Positions 28,890 to 36,888 of a stretch of 64,000 nt of DNA are shown in pieces. The notes under the pieces were generated by a model. That model was not told where the DNA came from. It was given only the letters and a program-made list of their open reading frames with translations, and searched no databases. How positions within the stretch are numbered: position 1 is the first letter of the stretch; each line of letters starts with the position of its first letter. The position numbers were made by a program, and so were the translations under genes. This stretch comes from Vicinamibacterales bacterium. Lineage in GTDB: Bacteria > Acidobacteriota > Vicinamibacteria > Vicinamibacterales > UBA2999. The stretch covers positions 6,354 to 70,353 of the forward strand of contig DATLXN010000011.1 of the NCBI GenBank assembly GCA_035575715.1, in the 5' to 3' direction.

Positions 28890-29606
28890 ATGATCATTCG
28901 GCACGGCGGCGACTCGCTGCTCCTCATCACCCAGCCGGATCACGCGGCCTTGGGCGGCCGCATGATGCGGGGGTGGCAGCGCGATGCGCTCCAGCGGTCG
29001 GCGCGGCGTGACGAGATATTGATCGCGGTCGAACAGCACGATCACGGCTGGTCGGAACCTGACGCCTCGCCGATCGTCGATGTCGACAGCGGGAAGCTGC
29101 TCGATTTCATGGCTGTGCGCGATGACGTCAAGCGTGACGTCTGGCCACGAGCGGTTGCCCACCTGGCCGCGACGCCGTATGCCGCCGCTCTGGTCGCACA
29201 CCACGCCATTCACGTCTATCGCCGTTATCGACCGCATCCGGAGTGGTCGGCGTTTTTCAAAGAGATGGAGCGGCTGCGCGCCGATCACATTCGCGCCAGC
29301 CGGCCGCTGACGCTCAACGAGTTGTTCCTCGACTACCGCTTCGTGCGTCTCGGCGATCTGCTATCGCTGACCTTCTGCAACGCGTGGACTGAGCCGCAGA
29401 CCGGCGACGACAACCAGTTCCGGTTTCACCTCGACGGCGACGTTTTGCGTGTCAGCCCAGACCCGTTTGCCGGCGCCGAAATCCCGTTCGAGATCGATGC
29501 TCGGCAGTTGCCCGACCGCGCCTACCGCTCCAGCGACGATGCGGCGACGGCCTTCGCGGCTGCGCCCATCGTCACGCTGCGCGGCGCGCTGATCGGGAGT
29601 GACTGA
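28890..29606 (+). CDS. DUF3891-like hypothetical protein
   Basis: The start was set to ATG 28890 (MIIRHGGDSLLLITQPDHAALGGRMMRGW). The family assignment is from recall of the DUF3891 N-terminal pattern only. Confidence 0.45.
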   Translation: MIIRHGGDSLLLITQPDHAALGGRMMRGWQRDALQRSARRDEILIAVEQHDHGWSEPDASPIVDVDSGKLLDFMAVRDDVKRDVWPRAVAHLAATPYAAALVAHHAIHVYRRYRPHPEWSAFFKEMERLRADHIRASRPLTLNELFLDYRFVRLGDLLSLTFCNAWTEPQTGDDNQFRFHLDGDVLRVSPDPFAGAEIPFEIDARQLPDRAYRSSDDAATAFAAAPIVTLRGALIGSD

Positions 29607-29619
29607 CGCCGTGTTGATA

Positions 29620-29791
29620 CGGCTGCAGGATAGCGCGGAGATCTGCTCGGCCACGCGCTAACAGATTGCGCGCTCGTTCATAAGGCCAGCCGAACACGTC
29701 CTGGATCTCCGACACACCGAGGCCACTCAATCAGACCCGCCAGCTGCGCATCCGCTTCAAATGTGGCGATTGCCTGGGAGTTAGTGTTCAA
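29620..29791 (-). pseudogene. possible frameshifted remnant of a sigma-70 region-4 (HTH) segment
   Basis: The minus strand reads (M)NTNSQAIATFEADAQLAGLIEW, then shifts one frame. It continues GLGVSEIQDVFGWPYERARNLLARGRADLRAILQ. The pattern resembles ECF sigma region 4.2. There is no intact ORF. Confidence 0.25.
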
Positions 29792-29878
29792 ATTAAGTCC
29801 TCAGTTACTAACGCGAGAACTGAGACAGAATCGGCGGAGCGCAGAAGGCGGCCGTCCGGTCGTCAGGACCAGCGGCCC

Positions 29879-32800
29879 ATGACCACCCCCCCACCCAACC
29901 TCGTCACCCGACTCCTGCTCGACTGGAGTGCTGGAGATAAAGAGGCCTTCGACCAGCTGGTCCCGCTGGTTCATGAGGAACTGCGGCGATTGGCCGAAGG
30001 CTACATGCGTCGCGAGCCCGCCGGGCACACGTTGCAACCGACGGCGCTCGTGAACGAGGCCTACCTTCGCCTGGTCGACCAGCGCCGGATGCGGTGGCAG
30101 GATCGCGCCCACTTCTTTGCCATTTCGGCGCAGATGATGCGTCGCATTCTTGTCGACCACGCACGCAAGCGCCGCTACGCCGAACGCGGTGGCCCCGACG
30201 CGATCAAGATGAACCTCGACGAAGCCCTCGACTTCTCTCAGGGACGCGCCGCTCACGTCGTCGCACTGGACAATGCGCTCAGCCAGCTCGCCAAGGTCGA
30301 CCCGCAACATGGCAAGGTCGTCGAGCTGCGATTTTTTGGTGGATTGACGATCGAGGAGACCGCTGACGTGCTCGGATTGTCGCGCGACAGGGTCAAGCGC
30401 GAGTGGGCGACTGCGAAAGAGTGGCTAACGCGGGAGCTCACCGCGCAGACGGCGGAAGGTAGCGAACCGGTCAGTGCTCAGAAGACCGGGCCTTACGAGA
30501 TCCTCGAGCAGCTGGGCGCCGGTGGAATGGGCGAGGTTTTCCTCGCGCATGACAGTCGCCTCGGGCGCAAGGTCGCGCTCAAGCTGCTCCCCTCCTACTT
30601 CATCAACGACGGGGAGCGGTTGCAGCGCTTTCAGCAGGAGGCCAGTGCCGCGTCGCGGCTGAATCATCCGAACATCGTCACCATCTACGAAGTCGGGCAG
30701 CTCGATTCCGGTCCCTACATTGCGACTGAGTACATCGACGGCGTGACGTTGCGCGCATGGATGGAACAGAAGCACCTGAGCGTCAGCGATGCGATTGACG
30801 CCGCGCTGCAAGTCGCCTCCGCTCTGGCGGCCGCGCATGCCGCGGGCATTGTCCATCGAGACATCAAGCCCGAGAACATCATGGTGCGGCGCGATGGCTT
30901 GTTCAAGGTGGTCGACTTCGGACTCGCCAAGCTGACCGAACCGGGAGTTGCACCGATTTCGCCGGACCTGGCGGCGACCAAGCGGCTGCTGTTCAAGACC
31001 GATCCCGGCACGGTGATGGGCACGGTGATCTACATGTCGCCGGAACAGGCACGTGGCTGGGTCGTCGACGCGCGCACCGACATCTGGAGCCTTGGGGTCG
31101 TGCTCTACGAAATGGTCGCCGGTCAGCCACCGTTTGACGGCGGCAGTGTCGCGGACATCCTGGTGTCGATTCTCGACCGCGGCGCGCCGCCACTGACCCA
31201 TCCTGGTGGCGTCCCACCTGAACTCGCGCGCGTCGTTGCGAAGGCGCTGCACAAGGATCAGGAGCAGCGCTACGCGCAGGTCGACGATCTGATGCGGGAT
31301 CTGCGCGTGCTTCAACAGGATCTCAGCTTCGCCGAGCAGTTGCGGCGCAGCACCCAGGGTGAATCGATCGCCCCGGAGACGCCCGCGATCGAGACGGCCG
31401 CGCCAGAGGCGTCGGGGCGTCGCGCGCATAACTTCTCCACGCAGCGGAGCACCCTCATCGGTCGCGACACCGAACTGGCCCTGCTCAACACGCGGCTGCG
31501 GGACGACGAGGTGCGTCTGGTGACCCTGACCGGGCCCGGCGGTACCGGCAAGACGCGGTTGGCGTTGCAGGCGGCGGGCGATGTGGTCGACGCGTTCGAT
31601 CACGGCGTCGTCTTCGTGGCGCTGGCTGCCATCAGTAATCACGAGGTCGTCGCGTCGGCGATTGCTCAAGCGCTGGGGGTTCAGGAGACCCGCGAGCGAA
31701 CGTTCGCGGCTGGGCTGATCAACTATCTGCGCGATAAAACGATGCTGCTGGTGTTGGACAACTTCGAGCAGGTGGCGCCAGCCTCGCTTCTGGTCGCGGA
31801 CCTATTGGCGTCCTGTCCACAGGTCAAAGTGCTGGTCACCAGCCGCGCCCCGTTGCAGCTGTCCGACGAGCGGGAATTTCAGGTGCCGCCGCTGGCCCTG
31901 CGACAAGCAGAAGTCCTGTTCGTGCAGCGGGTCATGGCGGCTAAGCCGCAGTTCGCGTTGACCACCGACAGCGCGCGCGTGATCAGTGAAATCTGCGCAA
32001 GGCTCGACGGGCTCCCGCTGGCGTTGGAACTGGCGGCGACGCGTATCAAGCTGCTGTCGCTGGAAGAAATCTCGGCGCGGCTTAACCAGCCGCTGCAGCT
32101 GCTGCAGGGCGGAGCCAAAGATTTGCCGCCGCGCCAGCAAACCATGCGCGCCACGATTGCATGGAGCTATGACTTGCTCAGCGACGACGCACAAATGTTG
32201 TGGCGCCGGCTGTCGGTGTTCGTCGGCGGCTTCACGCTGGCCTCGGCAGAGGCGGTGTGCAGCGACATCAACGGCGTGACCATTGCGGTGCTCGATGCGC
32301 TCGAGTCGTTAGTGGACGAGAGCCTGGTCCAGCGCAAGGACATCGGCGACGGCACCTATCGCTTCCTGATGTTGGAGACCATTCGCGAATACGGACTGGA
32401 GCGCCTCGCGGCGAGCGGCGAGACCGCCCAATTGCGACGGCAGCATGCGATGTTCTGCGTTGACCTCGCGGAGGACGCAGAGCGGCATCTGCGGAGCGTG
32501 AGGCGCGATCCGTGGCTGGCGAGGCTCGAAAGCGAACATCACAATATCGGCGCGGCGCTCCGCTGGACGCTCGACAACGATGAGACCGAGATGGGCCTGC
32601 GGCTGGTCGGTGCTCTGCGCTGGTTCTGGTATCACCGCGGGCATATTGGTGAGGGATATCACTGGGCCACCGCGTTGCTCGCACGACAAGACGCGACGGC
32701 GTCTGTCAAGGCCAGAGCCAACGCCTTATACGCCGCCGGAAGTCTGGCGTTCTATTACAGCGATCCCACTGCCGCCGGCGCGTTACTCAGGGAAAGTGCA

Positions 32801-33367
32801 GTGCTGTGGCGAGCACTCGGCGACCGTCAATCGCTCGCCTATGCGCTGACCTTCACCAGCCTGCCGATTCACCTCGGCGAACGGGATTTCCCTGAGGCGC
32901 GCACCACTGCTGAAGAGGCGGTAGCGCTGTTCAGGACTCTCGATGATCCGTGGGGGCTGGCGTTGTCGCTCAATTACGCCGGCATCATCCTCTGGACCGA
33001 ACCGGGGGCCGAACAACAGGCGACGGCGATGCTCAAGGAGAGCGTGTCGTTGTTTCGTGGCCTTGGCGATGGCTGGGGTGTCGGCGGGGCCGCTCTTTAT
33101 CTCGGCGGCATGCACCAGGACCGCGGCGAAGTTCAGGAAGCGCGGGCGTTGTACGAAGAGTTCGTTGCAGTGATCCGTGAGTCGAAGGATCTGTGGCGGC
33201 TGGCGTCCGGCTTGGAGATCCTTGCGTCGTTACTCCGCGACGAAGGAGAAGACGCACGCGCCGACGCCTTGACTGAGGAGAGCACCACACTGCAACGCAA
33301 GCTGGGCCGATCGCTCAGTCTCAAGAAGGCGTGGGATCAGATGAAACTCGCTCGGCAACGCAGCTGA
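29879..33367 (+). CDS. multidomain fusion: ECF-type sigma factor, Ser/Thr protein kinase, STAND/AAA NTPase, TPR repeats
   Basis: Sigma part, aa 1 to about 190: LLLDWSAGDKEAFDQLVPLVHEELRRLA and RFFGGLTIEETADVLGLSRDRVKREW. Kinase part: GAGGMGEV, VALK, HRDIKPEN, DFGLAK, SPEQ. NTPase part: Walker A GPGGTGKT (31532-31555) and Walker B LLVLDN. The C-terminal 450 aa or so are TPR-like. One continuous 1162-codon ORF. Confidence 0.8.
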   Translation: MTTPPPNLVTRLLLDWSAGDKEAFDQLVPLVHEELRRLAEGYMRREPAGHTLQPTALVNEAYLRLVDQRRMRWQDRAHFFAISAQMMRRILVDHARKRRYAERGGPDAIKMNLDEALDFSQGRAAHVVALDNALSQLAKVDPQHGKVVELRFFGGLTIEETADVLGLSRDRVKREWATAKEWLTRELTAQTAEGSEPVSAQKTGPYEILEQLGAGGMGEVFLAHDSRLGRKVALKLLPSYFINDGERLQRFQQEASAASRLNHPNIVTIYEVGQLDSGPYIATEYIDGVTLRAWMEQKHLSVSDAIDAALQVASALAAAHAAGIVHRDIKPENIMVRRDGLFKVVDFGLAKLTEPGVAPISPDLAATKRLLFKTDPGTVMGTVIYMSPEQARGWVVDARTDIWSLGVVLYEMVAGQPPFDGGSVADILVSILDRGAPPLTHPGGVPPELARVVAKALHKDQEQRYAQVDDLMRDLRVLQQDLSFAEQLRRSTQGESIAPETPAIETAAPEASGRRAHNFSTQRSTLIGRDTELALLNTRLRDDEVRLVTLTGPGGTGKTRLALQAAGDVVDAFDHGVVFVALAAISNHEVVASAIAQALGVQETRERTFAAGLINYLRDKTMLLVLDNFEQVAPASLLVADLLASCPQVKVLVTSRAPLQLSDEREFQVPPLALRQAEVLFVQRVMAAKPQFALTTDSARVISEICARLDGLPLALELAATRIKLLSLEEISARLNQPLQLLQGGAKDLPPRQQTMRATIAWSYDLLSDDAQMLWRRLSVFVGGFTLASAEAVCSDINGVTIAVLDALESLVDESLVQRKDIGDGTYRFLMLETIREYGLERLAASGETAQLRRQHAMFCVDLAEDAERHLRSVRRDPWLARLESEHHNIGAALRWTLDNDETEMGLRLVGALRWFWYHRGHIGEGYHWATALLARQDATASVKARANALYAAGSLAFYYSDPTAAGALLRESAVLWRALGDRQSLAYALTFTSLPIHLGERDFPEARTTAEEAVALFRTLDDPWGLALSLNYAGIILWTEPGAEQQATAMLKESVSLFRGLGDGWGVGGAALYLGGMHQDRGEVQEARALYEEFVAVIRESKDLWRLASGLEILASLLRDEGEDARADALTEESTTLQRKLGRSLSLKKAWDQMKLARQRS

Positions 33368-33458
33368 GCGCCACCTTTTTGAGCGGCAATCTGCACCAAG
33401 GAGTCGTGCCATGACTGGGAGCCGCCGTGCGTCGTGTTGTCTCGCGCGTCGCAGGCGA

Positions 33459-34607
33459 TTACCGACGTGCGACGGTAAGCCAGGTCTGCGCTTTCGCCGT
33501 GATCGGCTGATCGGTGAGGTTATCGAAGTAGGTGTTCACTACCAGCCGTGTGCCGATCGGTAGCGGCACAGGGGCCGATAAGTAATATGGCGAGCGCCAC
33601 TCGGGACGGAAGTCCTTGACCCATAGCAACGGCGTGACCACCCCGTCGGGCGTCGTCGCAATGACTTCAATTGACCGCGCGCCCGCACTCGGCGCCGGCC
33701 ACAGCGCCAGCGCCGACGACGCGGTGGCCAGCTTCATTTCGCTGCGCACGCGATGGCTCGAACTCCCCGCGGCGAGGGTCTGGCTTGCGCCGCCAAGCGA
33801 TAGCGCCTCGACCACCCGATCGGTGCCGGCGCCGAAGTACAGGCCGATCTCACTGATGTCAGTCACGGTTTCTTCGGCTCCGCTGTAGCCGATCTCCACG
33901 ATGATCTGCGCGCCTGCCGGCAGCCGCAAGGCGGTGCCTTCGGGCAGATGCGTCGTGGTCTGCCACGGCGTCCACGCGCCCAGCCAGCGCCCGTTGCCGG
34001 ACTCATAGAAGGCGGCGTGGCGCACGACGCGTCGATCACCCTGCTTCAAGCCAATTGCATGAACGCGGCGCGGTGCGGTCAATCCGGTCGCCACCACGAA
34101 GCGCTTGACCTCGAATGGAGACGACGCTGCAACGACCTGGCCTTTGCCCACCGCGATGACCTGATCAGGGGGGCCGTGATCCCACAACGGTGCTGGCGGG
34201 ACATAGACCGGTGGGATGCCCTCATCAGCCTTGAGCACGCCACTGGGCGCCCCGCCGTCGGCCCACGACAGGATGATCTCCATCTCACGCGCGGTCAGGC
34301 TGATGTCGTTGGAGAAATGACCATAGCCGGGCACCGCCGTCCACGGTGGCATGCGGCGTTCGAGGATCTCTTCGCGAATCGCGCGCGCCCATGGCCTGGC
34401 GTCGGTGTAGGTGAGCAGCGACACGCCGAGATTGCGCTCGGTGTGGCACTGGAAACACTTGCGCTGGAAAATCTGCGCGATCTCGTTGCGGAACTGGACG
34501 CTGGTGGTAATTGGCTTGTGCGGGTACGCGGGCGTGGGAAAGGCAAGAACCACGGCCAGCAGACCCAGCGCGGCGACGCAAGCGTAGGTGAATATCTTCC
34601 CAGTCAT
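33459..34607 (-). CDS. heme-c domain protein fused to a degenerate PHM/DBH-like (copper monooxygenase) fold
   Basis: TM/signal segment, then CFQCH heme motif and MPPW. The C-terminal part aligns by eye with the upstream paralogue but lacks its HH, HxH and Met copper ligands. Confidence 0.55.
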   Translation of the reverse strand: MTGKIFTYACVAALGLLAVVLAFPTPAYPHKPITTSVQFRNEIAQIFQRKCFQCHTERNLGVSLLTYTDARPWARAIREEILERRMPPWTAVPGYGHFSNDISLTAREMEIILSWADGGAPSGVLKADEGIPPVYVPPAPLWDHGPPDQVIAVGKGQVVAASSPFEVKRFVVATGLTAPRRVHAIGLKQGDRRVVRHAAFYESGNGRWLGAWTPWQTTTHLPEGTALRLPAGAQIIVEIGYSGAEETVTDISEIGLYFGAGTDRVVEALSLGGASQTLAAGSSSHRVRSEMKLATASSALALWPAPSAGARSIEVIATTPDGVVTPLLWVKDFRPEWRSPYYLSAPVPLPIGTRLVVNTYFDNLTDQPITAKAQTWLTVARR

Positions 34608-34640
34608 CAGTTACTCACCTTACACCGACGATCCACAGAA

Positions 34641-34677
34641 GCACGGAAGCACGAAATGACTTTCCGTGTTTCCGTGC
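34641..34677. repeat. hairpin built from CACGGAA/TTCCGTG words
   Basis: The left arm GCACGGAAGCACGAAA spans 34641-34656 and the loop is TGAC. The right arm TTTCCGTGTTTCCGTGC spans 34661-34677. TTCCGTG occurs at 34662 and 34670. The hairpin lies between the two cytochrome/monooxygenase genes. Confidence 0.8.
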
Positions 34678-34701
34678 CTCGAAGACCGTCGTCGGGCTGC
34701 G

Positions 34702-36057
34702 CTACTGCTGCGGTTGCGCAGTGGTCGTGACGCGGTCCTTATCGACGCTGTACATCACGCCGGTGTACTGCATCTCTTCCCAGGTCTGGTCGCCCCAGTA
34801 GACCGGTTGCGTTGAATCCGGATTCGCTTTGTTCGCTTTGGAGTTGTCGTAGTGGGCGACCGCCTTCAACACCGAACCTTTCGGGATCCGCAGCGGCTGC
34901 GCAAACGCGTAATCGGTCTGCCAGTTGAAGTCGTAGTTCGGCACCGACAGGATCACTTCGTTGCGTCCATCGGGATGAGTCAGCCGGTACTCCCACTGCT
35001 TGCCGCGCACGTGCGTATGCGGCGCAATGCTGTAGACGGTGACGTCCTCGAGAAACTCGAGGCCGGATTCAACCGGATGATTGGCTTCGCCCGCGGGGAT
35101 CATGAACCGCGGGTTGACCATCGCCGCGGCGCGCACTTCCGACGCCGGCGCCTGCGTCGCGAACTTGAAGCCAATGCTGGTTGTGTCGGTCGATGGCTTG
35201 CCGTTCGAGGTGTAGTGAATCTGGAACGTCAATACCGACCCAGCCTGCAGCAACATCGCGGTCCCCGGCGGGAAGACCGTGGCGTTGGTGCCGGGCGCGA
35301 TCTGCGCGATCAGCGGACCGCGGCTGGTCCCCTGGTTCGGGGCGCCGCCGCGGGCCTTCGCTGCTTCCATTTCTTTGATCATCGTCGGCGACAGGGGACC
35401 GCCGGGAGGATTGGCCTGACGGAAGGCCGGCGCGCGCCGGGTCATCTTTGGCGGCCGCGCATAGACCAGCACGTGATGGACGACCGAACGATCACCCGGT
35501 CGAATCTCCATCGCCTGAACCCACTTATCCTCGGTGAGATTAGTCGGCATCTCGAAATACTGGTAGTCGATCGTGCCCTGAGCGGGCACCGCGTACGGCG
35601 TGGCCATGCCGACCACGGCGTCGGGCTGACCGATCGTCCAGCCCTTGGCAAAGGACGGCAGCTGCGGGAGGTCCTTCTGGTCACCCTTTGGCGAACCGGC
35701 GGCGACCCACCGGGTGATCGTCTCTTTCTCGGCGGTCGTCAGTCGGCGCTCGTTGAGAAACTTGCCGTGCGCCGGATCGGCGTGCCACGGCGGCATGGTG
35801 CCGTTGACGACGTTGTCACGGATCGAGCGCGCCCACGGGCGCGCCTCGTCGTAGGTGATCAGTGACATTGGAGCCACTTCGCCCTCGCGATGACAGCTCA
35901 CGCAGTGCTTGTACAGGATCGGCGCGACATCCTTTGCGAAGGTTGGAGCCGCTGCCGCTCGAGCGCCCTGCGCCTCAGGCCGGCCGGGGGATACGACCAG
36001 TGAGCCAAACAGGAACACGCCGAACGCCGCCGAAAACCGGCCGAACAGATGGGTCAT
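34702..36057 (-). CDS. heme-c domain fused to a type-II copper monooxygenase-like domain (PHM/DBH family pattern)
   Basis: Signal peptide present. Heme-c motif CVSCH, with APM and MPPWHADP. Candidate copper ligands VVHHVLVY, FQIHYT, APHTHVRG (HxH) and EEMQY. YDFNWQ is also present. These match my recall of the PHM CuH (H,H,H) and CuM (H-x-H, M) sites. Confidence 0.6.
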   Translation of the reverse strand: MTHLFGRFSAAFGVFLFGSLVVSPGRPEAQGARAAAAPTFAKDVAPILYKHCVSCHREGEVAPMSLITYDEARPWARSIRDNVVNGTMPPWHADPAHGKFLNERRLTTAEKETITRWVAAGSPKGDQKDLPQLPSFAKGWTIGQPDAVVGMATPYAVPAQGTIDYQYFEMPTNLTEDKWVQAMEIRPGDRSVVHHVLVYARPPKMTRRAPAFRQANPPGGPLSPTMIKEMEAAKARGGAPNQGTSRGPLIAQIAPGTNATVFPPGTAMLLQAGSVLTFQIHYTSNGKPSTDTTSIGFKFATQAPASEVRAAAMVNPRFMIPAGEANHPVESGLEFLEDVTVYSIAPHTHVRGKQWEYRLTHPDGRNEVILSVPNYDFNWQTDYAFAQPLRIPKGSVLKAVAHYDNSKANKANPDSTQPVYWGDQTWEEMQYTGVMYSVDKDRVTTTAQPQQ

Positions 36058-36138
36058 AGGGAGTACCTCGAGGTTGTCCCCGATGGTACGATCCTCCAGC
36101 CCGGCTGTCTACGGCTACCGGTCATTTAAGCTAGTCCG

Positions 36139-36888
36139 GTGCCGCAGCCCTCTGACTACCGCCCGCTGACCTGTGCGCAATGCCGTGAAGGCCTTGGGCT
36201 CGACTTCACGTTCAGCATGGCCTTTCAGCCCATAGTCAACACGACGACCGGCGTAGTCTTCGCGCAGGAAGCGCTGGTCCGCGGGCTGGACAATGAGCCG
36301 GCCAGTCACATTTTCAGCTTCGTCAACGACACCAACCGCTATCGCTTCGATCAGGCCTGCCGGGTCGAGGCGATCCGGCTCGCGGCCAGCCTTGGTGTCG
36401 AATCAGCCCTGTCGATTAACTTTCTGCCCAACGCGGTCTATCGACCCGAGCTCTGTATCCGGACGACCCTCGAAGCTGCCGCCACTTACAGTTTTCCGAT
36501 CGACCGGATCATCTTCGAAATCACCGAGGTCGAGCGCGTCGCTGACAACGGGCATCTGCGGGAGATCGTCCAGTACTACCAACAGCGCGGGTTCAAGACG
36601 GCGCTTGATGACTTCGGCGCGGGCTATGCCGGCCTCAACCTGCTTGCCGAATTTCAGACCGATTTCCTGAAGCTCGATATGGCGCTGGTCCGCGGCCTCA
36701 ATGCTGACCGCACCCGCCGCGCCATCGTCAACAGCATTGTTCGGCTGTGTCGGGAGCTGCACATCGAACCGATCGCCGAAGGCGTTGAAACCGGCGAGGA
36801 GCTTGCGGTGCTTCAGGACTTTGGCGTCGAACTTTTTCAAGGTTATTACTTCGCTCGGCCCACCTTTCAATCACTGGCATCCCTATGA
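36139..36888 (+). CDS. stand-alone EAL-domain protein (c-di-GMP phosphodiesterase)
   Basis: EALVRG, FLPNAV, FEITE, DDFGAGYAGLNLL, LKLD, EGVE and QGYYFARP. All catalytic EAL motifs are present. GTG start; no sensor or GGDEF domain. Confidence 0.8.
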   Translation: MPQPSDYRPLTCAQCREGLGLDFTFSMAFQPIVNTTTGVVFAQEALVRGLDNEPASHIFSFVNDTNRYRFDQACRVEAIRLAASLGVESALSINFLPNAVYRPELCIRTTLEAAATYSFPIDRIIFEITEVERVADNGHLREIVQYYQQRGFKTALDDFGAGYAGLNLLAEFQTDFLKLDMALVRGLNADRTRRAIVNSIVRLCRELHIEPIAEGVETGEELAVLQDFGVELFQGYYFARPTFQSLASL

